The notes beneath the pieces were generated by a model that was not told the DNA's origin, did no database searches, and saw nothing but the letters and a program-made list of their open reading frames with translations. A DNA stretch of 64,000 bases from the human T2T-CHM13v2.0 reference genome, Homo sapiens: the NCBI RefSeq assembly GCF_009914755.1, contig NC_060925.1; one strand, written 5' to 3'. Shown piece after piece: positions 33,525 through 50,189 of the stretch. Made by a program: the position numbers and the translations under genes. Each line of letters begins with the position of its first letter. Position 1 is the first letter of the stretch.

Positions 33525-35176
33525 TGTTTTCAGTCTTTTTACTGCAAGGCTATGATCTTCTCTGGTCCGGGAGTCTGCCAGAGGAGCAGGAACTTCCCAG
33601 TTGAACCTTATTAGTAACCACCTGGAAGATATTTATTGAACAAGTGTCACATCTGTAGTCTTGTGTATCTAGAAACCTTAAGCATGCATTATTATGTTTT
33701 AATTGGAAAATGCATAGGCTTTAAAAAAAAAGATTGTGAGCTCTATCTGAACTTTTGTTAAGTACCACAAAATTAAGTTTGTCAGACAAATAGACATTTG
33801 AATCAGAGATTTCCAAAGTATTTTAAATTTAGGAACCTAAACTCTTTTAGAACAGATCACATTACCGAGTAAAGTGATTAATGTGGTTTCAGATGTTCAG
33901 CGTAGAACTGAATGTTTGTGCCTTATTGGTATGGGCCAAATGAAAAAAAAAAAATAAAACACACAAGTTTGCCAAATATTGGTATGCCTTAAACATTTCC
34001 TGAAGGCATTTGGTGATGAAATATAAATATATCTAATGTATAAAGTAAGAGAGTTTTGTCAAAGGTAATATGCAGCAAAGCTGACTAGTTTGAAGAGGTT
34101 TGGGTTACTGAATAGACGTCACACAGGAAAAAAAAATAAACTAAATGGACTTATAAGGGTTAATTTTTCTGACCTTATCGATATTTTGTGGATAGTAAAG
34201 AAGTCATCTAGCTATTTTTGGCATAGGATTCAAGGAGCTGGCCCACTCTGGGTGGTCTATAAATAGTAACTCTAGGTAGCAGGGACTGGCTAAACAGGAC
34301 AAATGTGAATTGGTTAAAAAGAAAATCCTCTTCTTATTACTCATTGGGGTTAATTCTATGATTATTAGTCATATTTTATTGTTGAGAACCTGAAATTTAA
34401 CCCAGGTTTTTTTTCTTTTTTTTAAATTATCACTACAGACTCTGCCTTTTCTACTATGCTGTAAAGTGTTACTTTATTTTATTTTTTCTACCTTAAGGTT
34501 AAGGAACCTTAACCTTTTGTTTTTGGCAATATGGTAGGCTAAAGGTACAGGAAACTCATTGCAGTTTAGCACACTAAAAAATGATGGATTGAAAAAATAA
34601 ATCAAAACTCTTATTTCCTGGCTCCACTGGAGACAAAGTAAGGGCTTCTCAGAGGCCAGAAATAATAAAAGATAAGATGAGTCTATAATGATAAGCTAGC
34701 ATTGGAAGTGGTGCTTGTTCTGGATATAGTTCCTGATCCTTGCGGCGTAGTGTCTGGGGATGGGAAAGAAAGCTGTGGACCCAAGTGAGGTGGGAAGTCA
34801 CAACTGAGGCCTCCCTTTTCCTCTACCCAAATAAAGCCAGAACTTCCAAAGAATGACACTCTTGGTTGCCAAAAGAGGGGAACAAAAGTTGCCCTACCAC
34901 TCAGGGAGACTGTTATTAAGTACCTATCTTGGTTTTGGCTTTAGTTAGAGTGGAAACAAATGAAAAGTCTTTCCTGATAATTCTTTACTCAAAGCCCCTA
35001 CCTAATCAGGTTAGAGCCTAAATTTATACTACTAGTGTGATCCCCCCAAAATCAAGACAAAAATGCAGTTTAGGTGGGCTTATGTTGGTGGTGCCTGTAG
35101 GCACCTGAGGGAATTGAATGCAAATTCTTCTCAGAAGAGACACTTTATAAAAGAAAGTGTCCATCCTAGAAAAACT

Positions 35177-38254
<3,078 letters not shown>

Positions 38255-38527
38255 AGAAAAATTTCCAGAGATACAGAGCCAGTTGAACATGAGCACATGT
38301 CTGCTTCTTTCCCTCAAAAGTCATTAAACACACCAGGAAACCATACCACCATGAATAAGAGTTAGAAAAAATAAACTACAGAATCACACTCTGAAAGACT
38401 ATAGATATTTGAATTATCAGATAGAGAATATAAAATATATTAAAAGACAGAATTAAAGTCTGGTAAAGGAACAAAAGACTACCAGAATTGGCCAGAACAT
38501 TTTGAAAAAAAATCTGGAAATAAAAAT

Positions 38528-39016
38528 TTAAGTTAAAATTATAAAAACAATGACCAGGTTAAGACAGCAAAATAGGTATACTTGGAATAGGAACAGCTCC
38601 AGTCTACAGCTCCCAGCGTGAGCAATGCAGAAGATGGGTGATTTCTGCATTTCCAACTGAGGTACAGGGTTCATCTCACTGGGGAGTGCCAGACAGTGGG
38701 TGCAGGACAGTGGGTGCAGCGCACCGTGCATGAGCTGAAGCAGGGTGAGGCATTGCCTCACCCAGGAAGTGCAAGGGGTCAGGTAGTTCCCTTTCCTAGT
38801 CAAAGAAAGGGGTGACAGACGGCACCTGGAAAATCGGGTCACTACCACCCTAATACTGTGCTCTTCCAACGGGCTTAACAAACAGCACACGAGGAGATTA
38901 TATCCAGCACCTGACTTGGAGGGTCCTACACCCACAGAGCCTCGCTCATTGCTAGCACAGCAGTCTGAGATCAAACTGCAAGGCGGCAGCGAGGCTGGGG
39001 GAGGGGCACCTGCCAT
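38528..39016 (-). other. L1 ORF0 homologue (antisense 5'UTR ORF), open for 162 codons
   Basis: MAGAPPPASLPPCSLISDCCASN...VTRFSRC matches the primate L1 ORF0 N-terminus; ATG at 39016-39014. Expression unknown. Confidence 0.8.
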
Positions 39017-41089
39017 TGCCCAGGCTTGAGCAGGTAAACAAAGCAGCTGGGAAGCTTGAACTGGGTGGAGCCCACCACAGCTCAAGGAGGCCTTCCTGCC
39101 TCTGTAGGCTCCACCTCTAGGGGCAGGGCACAGACAAACAAAAGACAGCAATAACCTCTGCAGACTTAAATGTCCCTGTCTGACAGCTTTGAAGAGAGTA
39201 GTGGTTCTCCCAGCATGCAGCTTGAGATCTGAGAACGGGCAGGCTGCCTCCTCAAGTGGGTCCCTAACCCCCGAGCAGCCTAACTGGGAGGCACCCCCCA
39301 GTAGGGGCGGACTGACACCTCACACAGCTGGGTACTCCTCTGAGACAAAACTTCCAGAGGAACGATCAGGCAGCAGCATTTGCAGTTCACCAATATCCGC
39401 TGTTCTGCAGCCACCGCTGCTGATACCCAGGCAAACAGGGTCTGGAGTGGACCTCCAGTAAACTCCAACAGACCTGAAGCTGAGGGTCCTGACTGTTAGA
39501 AGGAAAACTAACAAACAGAAAGGACATCCACACCAAAAACCCATCTGTACGTCACCATCATCAAAGACCAAAGATAGATAAAACCACAAAGATGGGGAAA
39601 AAACAGAGCAGAAAAACCAGAAACTCTAAAAATCAGAGCGCCTCTCCTCCTCCAAAGGAACGCAGCTCCTCACCCGCAACAGAACAAAGCTGGACGGAGA
39701 ATGACTTTGACGAGTTGAGAGAAGAAGGCTTCAGAAGATCAAACTACTCCGAGCTAAAGGAGGAAGTTCGAACCAATGGCAAAAAAGTTAAAAACTTTGA
39801 AAAAAAAATTAGATGAATGGATAACTAGAATAACCAATGCAGAGAAGTCCTTAAAGGACCTGATGTAGCTGAAAACCATGGCACGAGAACTATGTGACGA
39901 ATGCACAAGCCTCAGTAACCAATGCGATCAACTGGAAGAAAGGGTATCAGCGATGGAAGACGAAGTGAATGAAATGAAGCATGAAGAGAAGTTTAGAGAA
40001 AAAAGAATAAAAAGAAACGAACAAAGCCTCCAAGAAATATGGGACTATGTGAAAAGACCAAATCTACGTCTAATTGGTGCGCCTGAAAGTGATGGGGAGA
40101 ATGGAACCAAGTTGGAAAACACTCTGCAGGATATTATCCAGGAGAACTTCCCCAATCTAGCAAGGCAGGCCAACATTCAAATTCAGGAAATACAGAGAAC
40201 GCCACAAAGATACTCCTCGAGAAGAGCAACTCCAAGCCACATAATTGTCAGATTCACCAAAGTTGAAATGAAGGAAAAAGTGTTAAGGGCAGCCAGAGAG
40301 AAAGGTTGGGTTACCCACAAAGGGAAGTCCATCAGACTAACAGCTGATCTCTAGGCAGAAACTCTGCAAGCCAGAAGAGAGTGGGGGCCAATATTCAACA
40401 TTCCTAAAGAAAAGAATTTTCAACCCAGAATTTCATATCCAGCCAAACTAAGCTTCATAAGTGAAGGAGAAATAAAATACTTCACAGACAAGCAAATGCT
40501 GAGAGATTTTGTCACCACCAGGCCTGCCCTACAAGAGCTCCGGAAGGAAGCACTAAACATGGAAAGGATTTATAATCCCAAAGGATTATAAATCATGCTG
40601 CTATAAAGACACATGCACACGTATGTTTATTGCGGCACTATTCACAATAGCAAAGATTTGGAACCAACCCAAATGTCCAACAATGATAGACTGGATTAAG
40701 AAAATGTGACACATATACACCATGGAATACTATGCAGCCATAAAAAAGATGAATTCATGTCCTTTGTAGGGACATGGATGAAACTGGAAACTATCATTCT
40801 CAGCAAACTATTGCAAGGATAAAAAACCAAACACCGCATGTTCTCACTCATAGGTGGGAATTGAACAATGAGAACACATGGACACAGAAAGGGGAACATC
40901 ACACACTGGAGACTGTTGTGGTGTGGGGGGAGGGGGGAGGGATAGCATTAGGAGATAGACCTAATGCTAAATGACGAGTTAATGGGTGCAGCACACCAAC
41001 ATGGCACATGTATACATATGTAACAAACCTGCACGTTGTGCACATGTACCCTAAAACCTAAAGTATAATAATAATAATAACAAAACAAA
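38585..41089 (+). mobile_element. L1PA (PA4-like) with 5'UTR, disrupted ORF1 (from 39592), ~3.6-kb internal deletion, ORF2 tail and 3'UTR
   Basis: GAATAGGAACAGCTCC 5'UTR start; MGKKQSRK ORF1; TSD AAAATAG(G/A)TATACTTG at 38569-38584 and 41090-41105. Confidence 0.96.
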
Positions 41090-41352
41090 AAAATAGATAT
41101 ACTTGAAGAAAGAAATAGTGAATGGGACGATGGATCTGAAGAAATTATATAGAATGTAACACAGGGAGACAGAGAGATAGAAAATGTGAGAGATATTGGA
41201 CAAGAGGTTATGCCACCATAACTAAGGAATAAAGTAACATTCCCAGTCATGAGACATATTGACATCTGCAGCTCCTGATGGGATGCACTGAGAAGGGCAC
41301 AGTATCACTTCTATGATGTTCTTGTCCCAAAAAATGTATAACCTGAATTGTC

Positions 41353-41650
41353 TTTAATTTTATTTTTTATTTTTATTTTTAGAGACAGGATCTTGCTTTG
41401 TTTTCCAGGCTGGAGTGCAGCAGCATGATCATGACTCACTGCAGTCTTGAACTCCTAGGCTCAAGCCTCCTGAGTAGTTAGTACTCTAGATACACACCAC
41501 CGTACCTGGCTCATTTAAAAAAGTTTTTTTGAAGTGATGACATCTTATTATGTTGCTCAGGCTGGTCTCGAATTTCTGGGCTCAAGTGATGCTCCTGCCT
41601 CAGCCTCCTTAAGTGTTGGGATTGCAGATGTCAGCCAGCATGCCCAGCCT
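41353..41650 (-). mobile_element. AluJ
   Basis: AGAGACAGGATCTTGC...GATCATGACTCACTGCAG. Confidence 0.88.
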
Positions 41651-41792
41651 TACTCTGGAATCTTAAAAATATTGCTAACTGAGCCCTACCCAAGACCTAT
41701 GAAGTCTGATAGGGTAGGTCAAAGGCATTTGTTTGTAAACCAAACATTTTTCCCAGGAGATTCTGAAGTATGTCTAGGGTTGAAAACTGTTG

Positions 41793-41864
41793 TGTGTAGT
41801 TTTGTATTTCTTTCTTCCTATACATTGTTTTGTATAGTTTTGTATTTCTTTCTTCCTATACATT
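41793..41864 (+). repeat. Two-copy 38-bp tandem duplication
   Basis: TAGTTTTGTATTTCTTTCTTCCTATACATT twice. Confidence 0.92.
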
Positions 41865-44119
41865 AGCCACTATGGAAATTGTAAAAGCACTTATTCATTA
41901 GATTATAAGATAATGTACGTAAGGGAAGTTTTTATTAAAATGTCTCTAGACAGACACCTCTGTATAGATAGGTTTGTCTCATATACTTGAGGACATTTAT
42001 GGACCTCTGTTTTGGACAGAGTAGGGGCCACAGCATAATCTGTGAAGGGAACTTCTTCCTGGCACATAGGATTGCAGATTATAGATTCCTTTGTTATGTT
42101 TTCCCCTTTCTATTTTAAAGGTCACTATAGTCATCCTCCTTTGCTGCAAATCATAAATGAACATACTAAGGAGGTTTTAAATATGTTTTAGTTAGGTCTT
42201 AAAAAAATTAACAAATGTTTGGAATTGACAGTGCTTTTACCCTGTTTTTGTTCTGGGTTAATGCTGCGCCCTCACTAGGTCTGGAATCTTTATAGTTTGA
42301 GACATCAGACTTGGATGAGGAAGGGTAAATCATGCTACTAGTGGGCCAGTTACTCTGTGGTTTTCTTATGAGACTGTGCTTTAAGGAAAAGGTAACCACG
42401 GAGCATATGGCATTGAGTTTGAGTCATGTGGAACTGGTTAGAAGTAAAATGTTTCTATTCCAGCATTCTCTGAGTTTGTCAGCTTTTCATTATTTTATAG
42501 GAAGAATTCTAGCTTCTTATCCTGAGATGAGCTTGTCTCCAAATCTGGTTCCAATTTTTTGTTGTTGTTGTTGAGCACATTTCGCCATATGATATCACTA
42601 TTGGCTGTAGGTTAAAAGTTACCGTGTAACTTAAACGTCAGAATTCAAACCACCAAGTATACACGGTTTTGTTCAGCCAGATTTTTAAATGAAATCTAAT
42701 TTGAGTTTTTGGCTAAAAGTACTTTCCACATTTATCAAAGTGACACATGAACTGAAGAAATACAATGTATCTGAGTACCAGGTGTTACTGAATCTGGAAT
42801 TGCAGGAGGGTAACAGAGCCAAAGGCAGTCCTTTCCTCAAATAGTCTTAACGTATTCATGTTTGTCAAAAATGTGTCTACACAAAGTAATTGGTTCTCTT
42901 TTCTCTGTAGATTTCATCCTTTGTTGAAAAAGATGTCTTAGAACCTATCAAGTGCAGAGCTGGGTTTTGAGGGCATGGAAAATTCTGTTGATGCTTTTCT
43001 CTAGTTTTGGCTTTCATGTGAGTTGTACATAGGGAGGCTTATAAGGAGCATCCTAGTGGCTTTACCTTGTATCACTTGGCTACTTTTTCCCCACACTTCA
43101 TTGTTGTAATGAAGGGAAAGGCAGCTGAAACCAGAAACCTACATCCCTTGCCAACTTAAGAGATAAAAGGAAATTTATCTCTTCTGCTTTCTACCTAGTG
43201 AGAAGGGGTCGGTGAGAAACTAGGCCAGGTGAGAAAACTACTATCAGAGTTTAAGTTGAGTACTTCGATATGTTCTTCAGACCATACATCTTAGTTAACA
43301 TAAAACAAGGACTAGTGGATAGTTTGTGTGAAATAGCATTTTCAACCACCATTTTCAGTACTTAATATAGCTGGGTGGAATCATGCTGTGTAAGTGCTGC
43401 AGAACATAAATAATAAAGGAAATAAACATCTTAATTTTGTAACAAGTGAAGGTCTAGGCTAATATTAAGGGTAGTATAGGATACTTTTGAAGCTTTTGAA
43501 TGTACAGAAGTACATATGTAATTATTATATATTGCTTAGACTTCTAGGCAGTTTGCCATTCATGTCTTTTTTGTCTCCAGATTGAGCTGTTTTGTCACAT
43601 TAGTGAGCATTTGAAACATAATTTTAAGTGTCATTCTACAAATGGTTCTTAATTGATTTATGACTAATGTCAGTATGAACTGCAGGTGTGTGCCGTGCCT
43701 TTGGACTTTTTGGTGTCTGTGTGTTCTGAACATAAATTGGCCTTAGTATGTTATGCACACTGTCAGTTTATCACAATCCATGGCCTCTGAGGAGCCAGAA
43801 GTACGGAATGTACAGACGATCTATGTACCTTATATTATTTTCTGTCTCAGCCCTTTCCCAGAATTCCCAATAAAGCAGATTTCTCAATTACTTGCTTTTA
43901 TTTTTCCTTTCTCCCATTTTTTTTTTTTTGGTAAATTAACAATGAGAGATAAATGGAAATAAGGCAGTTGGAAGAAAAGAGGATGAAAACAGGTGAAGAT
44001 TCTTAGTTGTGGAATAAGCTAGGTTGGCTATGGGTTGATACCATGTGTGCTTGGGTAGTAAAGGTAGCTAGTTTTTTCTGCGTGTTGTATTAAGCCATTA
44101 TTTATCAAATACTAATTAC

Positions 44120-44305
44120 GTTTTATGCACTAAATACTAGTCCAAGTATTCTATTTGATATATGGATTAATTCATTTGTTCCTCCTAGTGCCATGAGGCA
44201 GGTATTATTATTCCTGATTTACAGATGAGGAAACCGAAGACACAGCTAATATGTGGCAGAGATCAGAATCACAATCTGCCTCTGGAGCCTTGGCTTAATC
44301 ACTGA
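44120..44305 (-). mobile_element. MIR
   Basis: TTTACAGATGAGGAAACCGAAG core. Confidence 0.75.
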
Positions 44306-44619
44306 CAGAGCAACAGCCACTCAGGCAGAGAAAAAGGAGTTGGCATTTACAGTTAGAGGAGTTAGGACTCTAGTAACTCTGCCCGTTTCCCTAAAGCTTA
44401 GGATTGGCTGTGATAGGGGAAAGTAGCTTATGAATTGACTGGATTGATGTAAGTATAACAGAAAAGAGAGATTGTACTCAAATTTACAGCCATGTTTTTT
44501 GACATTTAGAATAATCAGAGGATACTTTTCTGTAGTGAGAAATATACAAAGAGTTGTTCACACACACACCTTTTATATTAAACACTGACTCAGTGATGTC
44601 AGCAATCTAATTACTATAG

Positions 44620-44955
44620 AGTATCAGTTATCTAATACTGTGGAACAAACCACCCCAAAACCTAAACGCTTAAGACAACAGCAGTTATTATTTTGGTAAA
44701 GAAATCTGCAAATTGGGCAGAGTTCAGGACAGACAGTTCTTCTTTGCCTCCGTGGAGTGTTAGCTGGGCTGGCTTAGGTTGGAGGACCCACTTTCAGATT
44801 GGCTCATTCACATGGCCAGTAAGTTGGTGACGGCTTTCAGCTGGGACCTGAGCCTGGGATGTGGGCCAGGGTTCTTGGTTTTTCTTCATTTGGACCTCTC
44901 CACAGCTGCATGGGTTTCCTCACAGTTTAGTGTCTGGGTTCCAAGAATAAGCATC
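44620..44955 (-). mobile_element. MLT1-type MaLR LTR fragment
   Basis: AACAAACCACCCCAAAAC..GCTTAAGACAAC and GGCTCATTCACATGGC. Confidence 0.7.
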
Positions 44956-45650
44956 ATCTATTAGAATAGTGCTTGCTTTATAATTGCTTATTGAATGAAT
45001 GAAAGAATCTCAGGTTGTTTTCTTGCTCATGTTGGCCCATTTGGCAAATAGCCACTGTAAAGTGCAGGTTTCTTCCCAGAGCACGGTAATCCCTGGCTCT
45101 GAGAACTGCTATTTAGAGGGTTCTTTTATCTTGACTTGAAGGTCTATTTCTTCATTTAACCACATTTATGTTTCTAATAAATTACCCCCAGTTACTACTA
45201 GGCTGCAAAAATCATCTCTGAACCATTCAATAAACAGAGAAAAGAAAACCTTTTTAAAATTTGGAAACTACCTTGAAAACTCCCCATTTTTTCCTCCTTT
45301 TAGTCTCAGTTGCATTGAAAGTTAACATAATGTTCTGTTCCTGGATCTGGAAATGGTGTAATAGTGACTTCACCACCTGCCATTCTTGAGTTGTGGGTTA
45401 GTTTCCCTAAAATGTAGATCTTGACAAGAGGCAGATGGTGCATGAAGTTTATTTATTTGTTTATTTTTTGAAAAAGGAATACCTCTTATGAACCAGGAAC
45501 TAGAACACCCCTTAGCTTACATTCTAACAAGAAGAGAGACAATAAACATAAGTAAAATGAGAAAATTATAAATTCTTTGGACAAAGGGATAAAGTATAGT
45601 AGGGTAAATGGTTTTACATGTTGAAGGGTAGTTGTTGGGACTGTAGTTTT

Positions 45651-45967
45651 ATTTACTTATTTTTAATTTTTTTTGAGGCAAGGTCTTGCCCTGTTCCCCA
45701 GGCTGAAGTACAGCAATGCAATCACGGCTCACTCAGCCTTGACCTCCTGAGCTCAAGCGATTGTTCCACCTCAGCCTCCTGAGGAGCTGGGACCACAGGC
45801 ACACTCCACCACACCCAGCTAATTATTGTATTATGATTATTATTATCGTAGAGATGAGGTTTCACTGTGTTGCCCAGGCTGGTCTCAAACTGCTGGGCTG
45901 AAGCAGTCTGCCCACCTTGGCTTCACAAAATTCCGGGATTACAGGTGTGAGCCACTGTTCCCTGCCA
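45651..45967 (-). mobile_element. AluJ inserted in L2 (L2 continues to about 46350)
   Basis: Alu body; TSD GGACTGTAGTTTT on both sides. Confidence 0.88.
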
Positions 45968-46419
45968 GGACTGTAGTTTTAAATGGTGATCACTGTAAGG
46001 CAGGTGTTTGAGCCAAGGCTTAAAGGAGAGGAGAGGGTTAGCCATATGGATATCTGAGGAAGAACAGCATTCTTGGCAGAGGAAACAGCCATTGCAGGGA
46101 TCCTGGGGTGGAAATGTGTCTTGCATGTTCAAGGAAAAACAAGGTGGCTTTGCTAAAGAGAGAGTAGTAGGAGATGATGTCAGAGAGGTGAGATACAGGG
46201 AGAGGTCAAATGAGGTAAGACTTCTGTCGTTTTAAAGATTTGGGCTTTTACCATGATAGAAATGGGAAGCCATCAGAAGGTTTTGAGCAGAGGTGACATA
46301 ATAATCTGACCTAGATTTTAAAAGGATCACTTTAGTTACTATGTTGCCACTAGCCTGAACCTGGTAGGCAGGAAGACAAGTGTCCTGCTCTGTGTCATCT
46401 TTGGGCTTTATAAACCATG

Positions 46420-46612
46420 TTCCATCTGTTGTCTCATTTGAATCTCAGGAAAACCTTGTGAAATATTTGTTATTTTTCATGTTTTACATGTGAGGAATTG
46501 GAGGCTTAGAGAAGTTGACCAAGTATCCCAGACATACTCAAGTGAGCAGTCTCAGAGTAACATCTTGAACCCAGATCTCCTGTCTCCAAATTTTGTGCTC
46601 ATTCCACTATTT
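46420..46612 (-). mobile_element. MIR
   Basis: TTTTACATGTGAGGAATTGGAGGCTTAGAGAAGTT and TGAACCCAGATCT. Confidence 0.75.
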
Positions 46613-48569
46613 CACATTAAAACCTGAAGATCTCCCTGCTCTTTTCATCTTAACGTAATTTCAGCTTTTTGTGTGTGGCTCTCCAAGCCACAGAGCAGCA
46701 GCAGCTTTTGAGGATAAGAAGCAGTTTCTTTTAAGGATAAGAAGCAGTATGGTTCTTACCTGGTAAGATGGCTTGAATTCAAAATTGACCTACTTGTACC
46801 ATAAGAAAGCAGGTTTGCAAGGAGTAGAATAGACTTGGAGATATGCCATTTTTTGTTCAGCTACTTGGTATGAAGACTGAGTATCTGAAACCACACTGTA
46901 AGGATTAAGTGGCTTCATAAATAATCTAAAACAGTTGTTGGCTTTTAGAATTTAATAAATGAAAAAGTAAGGTAACAATTCTTATAATACTTTTTCCAGA
47001 CTTTCGGGGAAATTGAAATCATTTGTGTTTTATTAATCCATGCTTTTCAGGACCAATGGCCCATAATGTGAGCAAGGTTTATTGGTGTAATGATTATTTT
47101 GTGGCCTAAAACTACTGTGACTCTTTGGACTAGCATGTTTCTGATCATAGAGACAGCTAGAGACTTCTTCTTTTTTCTTAATATTTGTAGCTTGTTTTAA
47201 ACGTACTGAGTAGAACCTGATTTAAGCAATTATACAAAGTTTGGTTAGATTGCTTTATTAATATTATGAACTAGAAACAGTCACCAAATGCGCATTCATT
47301 ATACTAATCCTTACTATGATTGAGTCATTTCTTTGAGTTCTTGGAAATCTAATTTTTCTAAAATTAACAAAAGGGGACATTTGAATGATGCAAAAGCACT
47401 CATGGCAAGAATCTAAAAGTTCATATAAATAATAATTTTCTCATACTCTTTTATACATTTGACCATTACAAGATCTGTCAAATTCCTTTCAATATTTGTG
47501 ATGTCACAGTCGTACTAAAACAATCTTGAATTCTGGCAGCGAAATGAAGTTCTTACCTGTCTTTCAGATGTTAATAAAAATAAGGGAAATACAAACCTGT
47601 AGTTATTCAGATGGTTAAAATTAGTTTCTGTGGGTCATTTCATAGAGTTCAAGTATTTAAATGTTTTTTTAGCTGAATTGGACAATCAACTTGTCTGTAA
47701 TTTAGCTTAAGAGAAATTCCATTTTAAGACAAAAAAACTACAGGGAATGTAGGCCAAAAAATAATAACAACCAAAAACAAACAAGTGAAAAACGTTAAAA
47801 GATTCTTAGCAGAATTTATTAATATATTACCTCTTCAAAATATATTCTAGCCAATGGATAGATAATAAAATTGAGACCCACAGACTATTTGGATCCTAAA
47901 TTTTGTTTCATCATGACTCCCTTGTTGAAAATACTTTATTGACTCTGTGTAATGTAAATAAGATAATTTTTGTGAAGCTCATTGAATGCGTCTGAGCTCC
48001 TTAACTCAAAAAAGGCTAAAAGTTACTGAAATAGCTATGGTTAAGGGTATATTGTCATTACAATGTGATAATCATTACCAAAGTGGGCACTTGGAAAAAT
48101 AGTGACCACTTATGAGCCAAACCAATCAACATTAAAACTGATTTCCAGTAAGTACAGCTGCCAAGTGATTATAGAGCAGCCTGGATACAGATGGGATAGA
48201 CTACAAGGATAGTTAAGCTCAAAGCATTTGCCTGTTAACAGCCATGAATTGTGAGGTGAAATGCCAGTTTACATAGTGTTAGTAAAATCATTAAAAGAAC
48301 AATGATTAGTAGAAGAATTCTTTACAAACCTTAAAGTATCAATAGTTCTGAATTAATTCAATTTATAAATTATCCATAAGTCATACAAATAGCCACTTTG
48401 TACTTTTTCATGTCCCTCCAAACTCCCCCAGTCCCTATTTCCAAACTGTCCACTTCTGTTGAATCTATTGTAAAAATGTGTACCTTTTAGGGAACTGAGA
48501 TAGGAAAGATGTGAAAAACAGGATTAGTTTAGAATAATGGTTCTCAAACATTGGTAAAGTCACCTAGAC

Positions 48570-49064
48570 TAGTACAACCACTGCGGAAAACAGTGTGGAG
48601 ATTCCTTAAAGAACTAAAAGTAGAACTACCATTTGATCCAGCAATTCCACTACTGGGTTTCTACCCAGAGGAAAAGAGGTCGTTAAACAAAAAAGATATT
48701 TGCTCATGCATATTTATAGCAGCAAAATTTGCAATTGCAAAAATGTGGAACCAACCCAAATGCCCATCAATCAACAAGTGGATAAAGAAACTGTGGTATA
48801 TATATATGATGGAATACTACTCAGTCATAAAAAGGAATGAATTAATAGCATTCGCAGCAACCTGGATGGGATTGGAGACTATTCTAAGTGAAGTAACTCA
48901 GGAATGGAAAACCAAACAGCGTTATATTCTCACTCATAAGTGGGAGCTAAGCTTGGGATATAGGTGCACCAAAATATCACAGATCACCACTAAACAACGT
49001 ACTCATCTCACCAAATGCCACCTGTTCCCCAAAAACCTATGGAAATAAAAAATTTTAAAAAAAG
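48570..49064 (+). mobile_element. L1PB-like 3' fragment with internal 3'UTR deletion
   Basis: ORF2 C-terminal peptide ([22 protein letters not shown]); terminus CCACCTGTTCCCCAAAAACCTATGGAAATAAAAA. Confidence 0.88.
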
Positions 49065-49069
49065 ATAAT

Positions 49070-49651
49070 TATTAATCCAGTTTTTGGTGAATCAGTGAGT
49101 GACAGTGGTTATAGTAGTGGTGGTTTAAATCAAGGAATAAATGTTTTCAAAGTGAAAGGAGCACATCCTACCACACAGTTCAAAAACAATCACAAATATG
49201 GCAGGCTTGCTGAGAGCTTTCATACATCATTTATTGTCATGCACTTGTATGATTATTGTATACTGTACACATTTTTATTTTACAATGATTTGTATTTTCC
49301 AATGCGTTTATTGCAGTTCAGTGTGGTAGATGGCTGGAGCCTATCCTGGTAGCTCGGCGCACAAGTCAAGAATTAACCCTGGACAGGGTGCCATCCCTTT
49401 GAAGGGTGCACTCACGCATGTTCCGCACACTCATTCAGACTGGAGCCATTTAGACGTGCCAGTTAACTTAACATGCACATCTTTGAGATGTGGGAGGAAA
49501 CTGGAGTACCCACAGGAAACTCATGCAGACTTGGGGAGAGTATGCAAACTCCACACAGACAGTGACCTTGGCTGGGAATTGACTTTTTTTTTGTCATCAG
49601 TGTTATCACAAAATGACATTGCATGAACCAGCATTGTTTGAAGACTTGCTG
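49070..49651 (+). mobile_element. MER6 (Tigger-class non-autonomous element with V-SINE-like core), right part
   Basis: GGGAGGAAACTGGAGTACCC..GCAAACTCCACACAGACAG core; terminal TTTGAAGACTTGCTG followed by TA. Confidence 0.8.
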
Positions 49652-50189
49652 TATTCTGATTTTTTTTATCTTTCATCTTTGAGTCATTAGCACCAAATAT
49701 AGTTCTTGGAACATAATAGGTATTTACTACATGAATAAATTAATGGATGAATCATTCATTCTGGGAAATGTTGTCAACATAGTGCAGTGATGGAATTCCA
49801 ATCCTGAATCCAAATCCTGACTTTCTTAGTTATTTAGAGCATAAACTTGGGCAAACTGTTTAAACTCTTTGAGCTTCAACTTCCTTTGAGCCTTCATTTC
49901 CTTAGTACATAGTAGGTACTCAAAAGTGGTAGCTACTGTTAAAATATACTGTATTTGCATCTTAGAAGAGCATTTAACATTCTTGTGATATCTTTATGGT
50001 CAAGATGGGAAATTTTGATCTAGGTGGTATTTCAGTTAATTCATAAGTAGATAAACCTACGTTTTTACAGATTTAGAAGGAGCTTTTTATTTTAATAACA
50101 ACTCAGTACAGGATATTGATGGCATGCTGATACTTTCTTGGAAGAATTTCTTTTGCTAATGAGGAGCCTAAAAGTTCTTGATTGATTAG

